The notes below the pieces were generated by a model, which saw only the letters and a list, made by a program, of their open reading frames with translations, had not been told where the DNA came from and did no database searches. The position numbers and the translations under genes were made by a program. Positions 22,379-32,704 of a stretch of DNA of 64,000 nucleotides are shown one piece after another; the first letter of the stretch is position 1, and the number at the start of each line of letters is the position of its first letter. Source of the DNA: Carpediemonas membranifera BICM (taxonomy: Eukaryota; Protista; Fornicata). Location: contig JAHDYR010000033.1 in NCBI GenBank assembly GCA_019828565.1, positions 62,001-126,000 on the forward strand, written 5' to 3'.

Positions 22379-22826
22379 GATGATCTTATCGATCGATGGC
22401 ATAGTAAATCCTGGCGACGTTCGGCCGAGCTCGCTCCCTCTGACAGACGAGACATGCGTCAAGAGCTGGAACTTGGTTGGCTGCAAACTTAGCGATGCGG
22501 CCCTCGCTCCTTGATCTCCTGTGGTCGAGAAAGAGGCCTGGCTGGCTTAGACCATCGCGTTCGCCCTCACCGAATTCTCAACGGTGTCGAGGTCGGGGGA
22601 TGTTAGATGCCTCAGGACCGCAGACGTCTCCACGCATGGGAGTGAGCTCAGTTGGTCGGTTCTATCACAGAGGTCATCTGGAGCTGCCAGTGGGCTCAGT
22701 CAATCAGATCCGCCCAGGAGACAATATTGCGTCCTGGGGCGGAAATAGTGGTCATTTTGGTGACTGTAGAAGCTTCTGTGATCACGAAAGAGCAGATCAT
22801 TCGGTGCAGTTTATCACAATTGACAA

Positions 22827-24473
22827 ATGGCGAGTGATGGAATCCTGCATTTTGCAGATCGTCTGAGGCAAGAATTGGACTCGCTGAAGCTCAAAATCAT
22901 AGAAAGGGAAACTGAGATCCAACGACTGAAGCAGGAGCTCCTGGACCGGAAGATCGCCGCGAATACAGACCGAAGGGTGCAGGAGGAGGAGCATGCACAG
23001 CTGATACACGAAAAAGACGAGGCACATGCCGCAGAATGTGCGCAATATGACGAGAAGATCGGCCGAATGAAGAGCACTCTTGAGCGCTGTCTCACTCAGC
23101 TCGAGAGCATCAAGGCCGAGAACTACGAGGCAACGTCCGCCTTCAATACGCTCAAAGCGAAGTACCAGGACATGCAGAAGCGGCAGGAGGAGGTTATTCT
23201 GAACTCCGTGAAGCAGCGGATCCAGGGAGAGCGGGCGAAGCTGCGGCTGGAGACCAAGGAGCTGCGGTTGAGGTACCAGGAGGATGCCACGAAGAAAATG
23301 CAGCCAGTCATGGCAGCTGCTATTGACGAGGAGAAGCAGAAGCACTGCAAGGCTGTTTCCGAGCTCGAGGCGAGACACCAGCAGGAGCTCGAGGAGCTGC
23401 GGGCGTCGATGGCTCAGCAGCAGAGCAGCATGCTCGTCAATGTCCACAGGGAGGGCGACATGGCCAGACAGAGGGCGGTCGAGGCAGAGTACCAGCGCAT
23501 GGCCGGGGAGCTGCAGGCTAAGGCCGCCCAGCACGACGAGTACGTCAAGAAGCTGAGGGCAAGACACGAGGCTGACCTGGAGAGCCTCAGGGAGTCCCAC
23601 AGGAGAGCCCTGGATGAGGCGAAAGAACGCTACGACACAATGGTCGAGGGCGAGAAGGCCGCACACGAGAGGACGCAGCGAGCGACACATGAGAGGTTCG
23701 TTGATGCTCTCGAGAAGGAGCGGTCGAATCTGAGATCTGCCTTGAATGATATCAGATCCGGATATGCCAAAGAATCTGCTGACTACCGGGCAGAGCTTGT
23801 CAAACAGCTCGAGGCCAAGGTCAGTGTCGTCGAGGAGGAGGCAATCGCCCAGATTGAGTCCCAGCGGGACACCTGGCTGGCGTCAGCAGTGCGTCCCCTG
23901 GTTGAGCGGTGGAAGGCCGAGGAAAAGCAGCTCCGGGATGACGCCGCGCTGGAGGCAAGGAGCGCCAGACAGGCTCTCAAGGCGGAGAAGGCGCGGTATA
24001 TCTCGGCCTTGGAGACGTTGGAAGCCGACCGGGAGGCCGAGCGTGAGGCCCTCCGCAAGGACCGACTGGGGCTAAAGATGAAGCAGCAGCAGGCGGAGGA
24101 GACCGAGCTCCAGTACGCGGCCCTGCAGACAGAGCTTGAGAGCCACAGACGGATGCTGAGGGACGCCAAGACCCAGCTCAACGACAGGGCCGAGGCAATG
24201 AATGATGCCGAGGCCGAGCACAAGGCCCGGCTGCAGGCGCTGCGGCGGGACTACGAGCGGGAGAACGCCGACCTACACGCCAGGGTCGGCGAGCTCGAGA
24301 CTGCGCTGACTCAAGCCAAGGCTGTCGCGGCAGAAGAGGCAGAGGTGGCTGCGGCTGCGTGGCAGAAGCGTGCAGAGGAGGCCGAGGAGGAGACCAGCCA
24401 GTATAAGGCCCAGCTAGAGGGCCTCCAGGAGCAGGTCCGGGGCATCGAGGCCGCCATGGGGTCCCTCATATGA
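22827..24473 (+). CDS. Long coiled-coil protein, CEP131/AZI1-like
   Basis: 548-aa E/K/R/Q-rich heptad pattern; the segment ATKKMQPVM..KHCKAVSELEARHQQEL loosely resembles CEP131. Gene is secure, family is tentative. Confidence 0.55.
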   Translation: MASDGILHFADRLRQELDSLKLKIIERETEIQRLKQELLDRKIAANTDRRVQEEEHAQLIHEKDEAHAAECAQYDEKIGRMKSTLERCLTQLESIKAENYEATSAFNTLKAKYQDMQKRQEEVILNSVKQRIQGERAKLRLETKELRLRYQEDATKKMQPVMAAAIDEEKQKHCKAVSELEARHQQELEELRASMAQQQSSMLVNVHREGDMARQRAVEAEYQRMAGELQAKAAQHDEYVKKLRARHEADLESLRESHRRALDEAKERYDTMVEGEKAAHERTQRATHERFVDALEKERSNLRSALNDIRSGYAKESADYRAELVKQLEAKVSVVEEEAIAQIESQRDTWLASAVRPLVERWKAEEKQLRDDAALEARSARQALKAEKARYISALETLEADREAEREALRKDRLGLKMKQQQAEETELQYAALQTELESHRRMLRDAKTQLNDRAEAMNDAEAEHKARLQALRRDYERENADLHARVGELETALTQAKAVAAEEAEVAAAAWQKRAEEAEEETSQYKAQLEGLQEQVRGIEAAMGSLI

Positions 24474-24559
24474 TGTGCAGTTTAATGCTGGTGTTATAGT
24501 CCCGTCTTCAAAGTATGTGATTGGACTGTCAGAGCATTGATGTTGACCTCCGCTTGGGC

Positions 24560-25210
24560 CATGGTGTTGCGCTACTGATGCCGCGGACAATCGCCCAGAG
24601 TGCCAAGCGACCCTGAGCTGCTTGTCAGCATCCCTATTGAACCTCCACAAGACCGTTCGCTCCATGCCTCTCTGGCGCAGTGATGCAATGATTTATACCA
24701 AAGGAAGCGCAGAAAGTGCTGAACTCGTGGTCGAAAAAATACTGACTCCTGCCTCAGTCACAATTCGATCCGGGCACGCCCAACGCGCGGTGAAAGTTCG
24801 GATTGCCAGAATAGTCTCCAGGGTCTCCGGGGTCTTCAAGGCAAATCAAATGAGCGAGGGGTGAGCCTCTAGAGCCTTGAGTGGAGTGAGGTGGAGCCCC
24901 CATCCGCACACGTCATGATGTAACGATAGCCATTGTCCTCCTGAGATGGGGCCAATAGTATCATTGTGAAGGGTAGCAAGGGGTTTGTCAGCCGGGAGCT
25001 GTCGCTCGACGTAGAGGACATTGGTCGACCGCTGGCACGTGACAATCTTCTCAACAGAGGACTCGATGCCCTTCCGGGCCCCGGCCCAATAGAGTCTGGC
25101 GACCTCCAGAAGGTGTAGAGTTGTATCTACTCCAGCGTGATGACGGCCACACATGTCAGGATATAACCCGTCGAAAAGATGTTGATCATAAAACTCGCGG
25201 GACGGGTCGG
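24560..25210 (-). pseudogene. Degenerate Ty3/Gypsy integrase remnant
   Basis: HHAGVDTT..LYW..TCQR..LHNDTIGPI in ORF 24846-25154, homologous to the integrases of elements A-C. Confidence 0.6.
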
Positions 25211-26601
25211 TAATGCGGACGGCTGAGGATTTTGGTCACAATCTCCTGGACCGAGGGCAGGATGGCGCGGCCTGCCGCTGTCTTCAGGTCGTCGAAGTCC
25301 CACGGCACCTGTCTTTGTCTGAGGGCAATACCAAGCCCGAGGATTGGACTCAAGAGGTGAGTGAGGCGCAGAGGGTTACCCTCTTACCACTATTACGACT
25401 ATGCGATATAATAAGCGATGCCAACATATTATTTACGATCAATTTAATCTCTGCAGGGTTCCGCGTCTGACACGCTTGCCACGGCCACGATTTGGATACA
25501 GCGCGGGATAATATTATCGGTGTGGGAGAGGCGCTTGTAGTGTCGTCAGACGGGCCGGCAGCTGCCTAAAAGTCCATATATCTCCGCTCACAAACGGCAC
25601 ACCTTAAACTGCGGCCGACTCGGTTTTCGAGTACAGCGCTTCAGCGATAACCACGAGATGCTGAACAACCGCGGGCTTCCGTCGATCCCTTCGATTCCTA
25701 GTATGGCCAATCTGCGCGAAAGCGTGCAGACTACGACCAATGATAACAAGCACGCCACACCACAGCACAGATCGTCGCTTGCGCACCCACCGAGTTGCAT
25801 CGGCTTTTATACGGGCACTAAGGACACTGTATCTACCTGTTTGTGCATATAACACCCCGTTTACACAGCATACGTCGGCCCACTGCCCGGAACAAAGCCT
25901 TCGGATCTGCCGATCGCCAGATCAACCGACCTTTCGATGTGAACGTGCCACCCACGCTGAATATTATGCCATACGTGGCACCCTATCGTGTTTATAAACT
26001 CTATCTAGGTTGATTCGGACCCAATCAAGAAAGGGATGCGTCTTGGACTGATATCTGATTTGCTGGCCGCCGCCTATCGTGAGATCGAAATAGCCAGGCT
26101 CACAGCGGCAATATACACAGGAGAATGCATGGTCAGAAGGTCCTTCCTAGTCCCGCAGGCCCCGTGTAATGGTCTGCGGTGAGGTTTGAGGACGCTGCGA
26201 GAGAAGGAGCGAGTTTCTCATCATCCCATCGACATCAAAATCCTTGTTGAGGCCATCAAAGGGCAACGGCAGGCCGGGCGTCCTGGCTCAGGGACAAGGC
26301 CTCGGGCGACCCAAGCCACGAGGGCCTGGCACACGGAGTGGGCGTGGTACTGTGAAGTTAATTACCTGGTGTGAGAGATTTAAGTTTTTCAGTTTAAACA
26401 ACCAGGCAACTTGTGACACGGGGCAATTATGGTCGGCTCCGTTGGACAATTTTGCTGATCTATCAGGTGCGTAATAATCGGTCTTCAATGCTGCTGGGCA
26501 TTCTAGTCCTTCTAATGCGGTGCACCATAGTTTCTTCCTCGCCTGAAATTTGATGAGGATCGTCATCACTTTTTTTCTTGCTGAGCAGTAGCTGCTTTGG
26601 G

Positions 26602-27124
26602 ATGGTTTTGCTGTACAAGGACGCCTTCACTGGTGACGAGCTTTGCACTGATGTGTACCCCTGCAAGGAGATCGAGAACGGGTTCGTTTTATTCGGATTT
26701 CTCACACAGCATGGGCCTCGTCTTCACTGGCGCCATGGTTCAGGTGAAGGACGGTGTTGAGGGCTTCGAGAACAACGACGAGGAGGGCGGTGCCCTCGAG
26801 GACGGTGTCCGTACCGTCGTCAACATCGTTGAGTACAACTCCCTTGAGCAGACTGCCTTCGACAAGAAGTCCTTCCAGGTCTTCCTCAAGTCTTACGTCA
26901 AGAAGATCCTCAAGCACCTCGAGGAGAAGCACCCCGATCAGGTCGCTGATTTCAAGGCCAACGCCACCGGCTTCGTCAAGTACCTCATCTCCAACTTCAA
27001 GGAGTTCGACTTCTACCAGGGTGCGTCCATGGACCCAGAGGGCGGTGTTGTCATGAACATGTGGGAGGGCGAGACCCCTCTCTTCATTTTCTTCAAGCAC
27101 GGCCTCGAGGAGGAGAAGCTCTAA
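26602..27124 (+). CDS. TCTP: Translationally controlled tumour protein, 28-nt intron 26682-26709
   Basis: MVLLYKDAFTGDELCTDVYP exon 1 splices (GTTCGT..CTCACACAG) to ..FDKKSF..FYQGASMDPEG..FFKHGLEEEKL. Confidence 0.95.
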
Positions 27125-27254
27125 GCGTAAATGAGTTCGTCGATTGGGTCGGGTGAGTTGGGCAGCACGGCAGCAAGCGCTTGGAGATCTCCTCGCGAGG
27201 CCGCTTTCGATTAGAGTCGCGTGATCTGAGGGGACTCGTGTGAGTGTCGTAGTG

Positions 27255-27263
27255 TGCACTTTA
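27255..27263 (+). promoter_or_regulatory. TGCACTTTA candidate core-promoter element (representative copy)
   Basis: 25 nt upstream of the PCYT2 ATG; at least eight exact intergenic copies in the window. Confidence 0.55.
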
Positions 27264-27288
27264 TCGACAGCTCAAGCCAACAAGTCCA

Positions 27289-28287
27289 ATGAGCGAAAAG
27301 AAGGAGGTGCGTGTCTTTATTGACGGCTGTTTCGATCTTGTGCACTTTGGCCATGCCAATGCCATGCGCCAGGCGAAGGGAAAGGGTTCATGGCTCTGTG
27401 TCGGCGTCCACACTGATGCAGACATCATTGCGAACAAAGGACCGCCTATCATGACAGAAGAGGAGCGGTACGAAGCTGTCCGTGCGGTGAAATGGGTAGA
27501 TCAGGTCCATGAGGCCAGTCCTTATGTCACATACATCGAGACGCTCGACAAGCTCAACTGCGACTTCGTATGCCACGGTGAGGACATCACCCTGTCTGCG
27601 GACGGAAACGACTGCTACTCCATTGCCCAGCGGGAGGGCCGGTTCCAGTTCATCCACCGTACCGAGGGCGTATCGACCTCTGACATTGCCAACAGGATCA
27701 TGGCCCGCCTCGGCCTTGACATCGGCGACGCAGTAAGTGCTTCTACCGGTTCCGACCGTTTCCTCCCCTCTGCTCGCAAGATCGCGCTCTTCAGCGACAT
27801 GACGGAACCCACCGACGAGACTATAGTGGTCTGGGTGGACGGCTCCTTCGACCTGCTCCATCCCGGCCACCTTGCATGGCTCAAGACCATCAAGGAGACC
27901 ATCCCCGGTGCATACATCATCGCGGGTGTCCACTCTGACGCCGTGGTCGAGCAGTACACGGGTGAGGCGCCCTACATGACCATGCACGAGCGCGGCCTCG
28001 GTCTGCTCGCCTGCAGATACGTGGACGACGTCGTCTTTGACTCCCCCCTCGAGCTTAGCCCCGCCCTGCTCGACGAGTACAAGGTCAAGACAGTGGCCAT
28101 CGGCCCGAGCGGCGATAAGTACAAGATCGACGGGTATTCCGAGGCTAGGCAGCGTGGGATCATGCGCACCATCGCTGGACCCCGGGATATGGACATGTAC
28201 ACCGTGATTAACAGGATCCGGCAGAACCAGGAGGTCTACATCGCCAAGAACAGGGCAAAGGCCGCTAAGGAGGCTGGTAAGGCTTAA
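27289..28287 (+). CDS. PCYT2: Ethanolamine-phosphate cytidylyltransferase
   Basis: Two cytidylyltransferase domains: DGCFDLVHFGH with RTEGVSTS, and DGSFDLLHPGH. Confidence 0.93.
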   Translation: MSEKKEVRVFIDGCFDLVHFGHANAMRQAKGKGSWLCVGVHTDADIIANKGPPIMTEEERYEAVRAVKWVDQVHEASPYVTYIETLDKLNCDFVCHGEDITLSADGNDCYSIAQREGRFQFIHRTEGVSTSDIANRIMARLGLDIGDAVSASTGSDRFLPSARKIALFSDMTEPTDETIVVWVDGSFDLLHPGHLAWLKTIKETIPGAYIIAGVHSDAVVEQYTGEAPYMTMHERGLGLLACRYVDDVVFDSPLELSPALLDEYKVKTVAIGPSGDKYKIDGYSEARQRGIMRTIAGPRDMDMYTVINRIRQNQEVYIAKNRAKAAKEAGKA

Positions 28288-28512
28288 GGGCGGCTCGGAA
28301 AGGGTAAATTTCGTTTAGTGGTGATGGTCTGGTCAGGGCCTGCGAGCACCCGCAGAGAACAATGGTAAGCGTAAAATGTTGAAGATCAGCTCAATACAGG
28401 CGGTTAAGCTCTGGGATATGGCCACGCTGCCCTTGGTCATGCCCGAGAAGCTCGTACAATGTCTGGTGCAGATTATGCTTCAAAACGTTCTTTTCTGCCA
28501 TTCTCTCCCAAA

Positions 28513-28704
28513 ATGGACCAAACTCCGCAAGATCTCTCGAATTTTGTAGCTAACGTGCTTAATCAGATGCAGGAGCAATTCCAGAACACGTCTCAATCCA
28601 TTCTGCAGAAGATAGACAGCATGGGGGCCCGAATCCAGGACCTCGAGGGCGCTGTGGCGGAGCTTGTTGACCAGGCGAATGTCAACCCCGAGGAGGACAA
28701 GTGA
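28513..28704 (+). CDS. HSBP1: Heat shock factor binding protein 1-like
   Basis: DLSNFVANVLNQMQEQFQNTSQSILQKIDSMGARIQDLE, the canonical HSBP1 coiled coil. Confidence 0.88.
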   Translation: MDQTPQDLSNFVANVLNQMQEQFQNTSQSILQKIDSMGARIQDLEGAVAELVDQANVNPEEDK

Positions 28705-29175
28705 AGCTGCTGAATCGCTCTCCACTTTCATTAAACGCGCATGTGATAGATGGGCTCTGAGGCCCGAGGACTACATCAGCCGCTGCCTAAGGCAAGTATC
28801 GGGCCGTGTACAACAGTACTGGCAGCCTTGCTATCCTTCTCCAGCTTTAGCGACAGCTCTGCCGTCGATTCCCAGTCAGTACGGTTGGGCAAGTTGGGTA
28901 ACTCAAGAAGATGAGAATGGCGGATAGGTCATAGTTCGGAATCTGACCCAGTCGGCTGCATTGTGGTGGGAGTTCTTCGGCTAACCCTCGTCATCGTGGC
29001 CTCTTCTTCATTGATGTGCAGTATTTCTGTGCTGCAGGGATATTATTCGAGTGAGCTAGCAAGGGAGGTCGACACCACTGGCGGCAAATACCCTTACTCA
29101 CGCAAGTCGCAAGGAAGTTTGTCTTGGTGCATTTTATGGTCAAAACAGGGCGAACGCGACGAAAAACAGCCCCGA

Positions 29176-30936
29176 ATGTCGTTACGCGTCCCAAGCTTCT
29201 CAAAGAGTACGGGGAACTCTCTACGGGGCTCAATGCGCGGCTCTATGCGCGGTTCAGCGCGAGGATCCGCTGTTGCACAGAGCGGTATCTCGATGGCGAG
29301 CACCAGAGCCGGCGACGGCACTGGGAAGAACAAAGAAGTCACTGTAATCAAGGATTTATCAACTCGCAGTGCCTTCTTCCGCCAGCAGCTTGTTGAGGAA
29401 TTTCGCATCAGCGATCAGTTCGAATGGAACTCCAAAGATGCCCCCGTATACTCCACAAGGGACCTGATGCTGGACCCAGAGCAGTATCACACCATCCTCC
29501 GAGACGCTCCTACCCAGCTTGTGAAGTTCAAGCACTTTAAGCGCCAAAAGCACACCGAGGAGTTCGACAAGCGCCTCACGCGGGTCCGCAACATCTACCA
29601 CATGCCAGTTGGTGTCTGGGCGGCCTGGCTGACGAACACCCGAGTGTTCCGGTGGTGGTACATGTTCCTCGTCATTGTCTCGTCGCTCCTCGTCGTCCTC
29701 CAGTCTGAGCTGGACTCCTCAGTTTATTATCTCGTCCAGGACGGCATCCGGATCCTGGACTACCTCATTGTAGCCCTATTCTTCTTTGAAATCGGGTTGA
29801 AGTGGTGCGACTCGTTTTCGGCATACTGGAAGGACGGCTGGAACGTCTTCGACTTCCTGGTGACCGTCATCGCCCTCCCCGACATCCTTCTCTACTTCAG
29901 TACCCTGCAGTTCGCCGACTCGTCCTACGTCATGCAGGTCATCGGCGTCATCAGGCTGGTGCGGACCATCCGGCCGCTTCGTATGGTCGGCCGGTTCTCG
30001 TTCTTGCGAATCATCATGCAGACAATCATCCGGGCCACGGTCAACCTGCTATTTATCGTTGTTCTGCTATTTATCCTTATGTATATCATGGCTATTTTCG
30101 GTATCAACCTCTTCTCTGATTACACCAACAGCAACCGGTCAGATCTGATCTACCAGTATCAGTTTGAATCTTTATACGAGGCCGTTGTCACAATGTTCCA
30201 GATCATGACATTTGACCACTGGTTGGCCCTATACATGGATATCAAGAAGGTGGTCCCCACATATGTGGTCATCCCTTACTTCATGCTCTGGATTTGGGTC
30301 GGCGCGCTAATATTCCGTAACATCTTTGTCGGCATCATGGTCAACCACTTTCAGAACATCAAGCGCGAGCTCCAGGTCCAGGCAGACATTGTCAAGAAGG
30401 CACGGCGGATCCAGAAGCTTCAGCGGCAGCTCAAGCGACGGAAGATGGCCAAGGACAAGGAGCGGCACGAGGGGCAGCAGGACGGGCCGGCCAACGACCA
30501 GGCCATTGCCCCAGAGCGTGCCGACGGGGCGAGCTCGGCCACGGGCCATGAGAGCGACACGGCCGTGTCATCTCTGGGCAACCGGGCCATGTCCAACCTG
30601 TCCGACGAGACGCTCTCCGTCGCCAACTCGGGCCACAGTCGCCGCATATCGGACCTGTCGTCGGCTGTGGGGTCAGACGCCAGCAAGGCCCGGGTCGAGG
30701 TGATTCAGAGCGACCCGACCGCCGAGGTCACGGGCGCCGAGCTCCGACAGCAGCTTGACAACCTTGGGGCCCGCCGGCCTGACACGACATGGCCGCGGGA
30801 CACGCTGTTCCGGTACCTGCGGGCGATGGATAACCTCATGGAGAACCAGCGGGAGTTCCAGGAGCTTGAGCTGCTGTGCGCCATGGCACTACACCAGCTG
30901 CATGACACGGCGACGTTTGCGAGAGGTGGTATTTGA
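29176..30936 (+). CDS. CATSPER2: CatSper2-like single-domain 6-TM Ca2+ channel subunit
   Basis: YWKDGWNVFDF, S4 IRLVRTIRPLRMV, pore TFDHW (TxDxW CatSper filter), QLVKF and C-terminal WPRDTLFRY, which are CatSper2-type motifs. Confidence 0.85.
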   Translation: MSLRVPSFSKSTGNSLRGSMRGSMRGSARGSAVAQSGISMASTRAGDGTGKNKEVTVIKDLSTRSAFFRQQLVEEFRISDQFEWNSKDAPVYSTRDLMLDPEQYHTILRDAPTQLVKFKHFKRQKHTEEFDKRLTRVRNIYHMPVGVWAAWLTNTRVFRWWYMFLVIVSSLLVVLQSELDSSVYYLVQDGIRILDYLIVALFFFEIGLKWCDSFSAYWKDGWNVFDFLVTVIALPDILLYFSTLQFADSSYVMQVIGVIRLVRTIRPLRMVGRFSFLRIIMQTIIRATVNLLFIVVLLFILMYIMAIFGINLFSDYTNSNRSDLIYQYQFESLYEAVVTMFQIMTFDHWLALYMDIKKVVPTYVVIPYFMLWIWVGALIFRNIFVGIMVNHFQNIKRELQVQADIVKKARRIQKLQRQLKRRKMAKDKERHEGQQDGPANDQAIAPERADGASSATGHESDTAVSSLGNRAMSNLSDETLSVANSGHSRRISDLSSAVGSDASKARVEVIQSDPTAEVTGAELRQQLDNLGARRPDTTWPRDTLFRYLRAMDNLMENQREFQELELLCAMALHQLHDTATFARGGI

Positions 30937-32651
30937 ACGACTGGCTGCTTGACGGTGGCTATATCTGACAATTTATAAAGGAGCGTGCTGCTTTGTTGAG
31001 GGGTCCGACAACTGATCATGACGACATTCCAGTTTTTGCCGTAGGAACCGTTCTACATGACCAGCCAAGATGATTACTGCTGCGGCAACCCCAAGCGGAG
31101 CCTGAAAGAAAGAAGAAATAACTTTACTGTGCTTGGTATCTGACCCCGGTTACTTTGGGCTGCTTTCCCATTCCAAGCGGAGCCTGGGTTTGGCTCTCAC
31201 TGCTCCGCAGTTTAGTGTAGCGAGAGTATACCCGTTTGCCTCATTTCGAAAAGGATTCCGTGTAAACATGAAGAGTAACCATGGAGAAGACACTCAGTCT
31301 ATTTCGAAGCTACTTGAAGAAATAGAGCGGCTCCGAACAAAGAACACTGACCGGGGGGGCTGCAGGCGTACCGTGCAGTGGGTCCCCATCTACCGTCCGA
31401 TGCTGTCCGTGGGTGCGCCCCTCCCAAGTTGTGTCAGTCCCTGGGGTGGCTATGTGTCCCTTGGGCTCACAGGGTTTCTCTACCGGGTACCATTTCTTAG
31501 GTCATAACTCCACTTTCTTTTTGTCAGAATGGTCTGGTCGCAACCTTGGCTGAGCCAGCGATGTCCCAGGGGTATTCTCCATTTCCGTCCGTGCTTCCCC
31601 TCCAGTGTAGTGCACCTACCTGTACTGTAAGTTTCCTTGCCTACTGGGTAGGGTCCTCCGTGGTGTCCCCCGCAAGTAGGGTGTCTTGTCCATGTGTCCG
31701 ATCTAGTCCAGTCCTATCTGTTCGCCTACTTTCCCCAGTCCTTTCATGCCTTCCTCCAGTCCCTTCCAGATTTCATCCTTGTTCCAGGCCATCATGATGT
31801 GGAGCTCCAGGATGGGTCTGTCCTTATACCATCCGAACCCGGCCCTCCGTCTAAGCCTGCTCCCACTTGTTTCCCTCCTGGCTCTTTCTAGGAGAGCTGG
31901 CCATCTCGGGCCTCTGTCCACTGCTGGGCATTCACATATGATATGCGATGCCGATCCCAGTCTGCTGTCCTCTGTCCACTTCCTGATCTTGTCCTCTCTC
32001 GCCTGTCCGGTGATATGGTTGTCCAGGATGTCCTGGAGAACTTCTACTTCCGAGTTCAGTGTACAGAGCGGGCACAGTTTTCCTTATGCTCACCTTGAGC
32101 TCCTCGTCCACTGCTAGGTCCGCTATGCTCCTGTATACTCCCTCCTTGTTTGACGATGGCGACGGGCTGACGTTGCTGACCATTACCACCTTCCTCGTCC
32201 ACTCCCCCCTCGTCTCTCCTTTTGTGATATTCCGTTTGGTTTGGGGTTTCCCCATGAGGACCTTTCCTGCATTCCTTGCTCCGAGCCTTTCTATGAGGCT
32301 CTCTGCTGTCCGACTTTTGACTCTTTTTGCCAGTTTGATCCATGCGTTCCTCTTGGCTAGGTCCAGTTTGGCTCCTAGAGTCCCCGGTGTCCCGTATTTG
32401 ACTAGTCTCCTTGACTGTCTCGCGAGGTTCCCCAGTACTGTATCTCCGTCCCAGTTAATCCGTCTCGGACTTATTGGCATGTCGATGTCCTCTTCACTTG
32501 CCTCAGGAAAATCCTGGCTGCGAGTAGTCCCATCTCTCCCTCAAAGTCCATCCATCCGTTTAGGGCTCTTGCCGCTGAGCCTCCTCCTGGGCCCGCTCCT
32601 GAGAGAATGCCCATCCAATCTGTCCATATTTTCCTGCCCCCCGGGACTTGG

Positions 32652-32704
32652 TGTGGCGTAAACGACGGGTATTCGAGAATTCGTTTTAATCAGGTGATGC
32701 GTCA
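32652..32704 (-). repeat. 3' LTR of element A (53 bp)
   Basis: TG..CA; preceded on the minus strand by PPT AGGGAGGGCAG; contains the pol stop codon. Confidence 0.92.

Noticed and set aside
31091-31186. 14-bp direct repeat CCAAGCGGAGCCTG
   Set aside because: Only two copies, no TG..CA ends or TSD; probably a local duplication.
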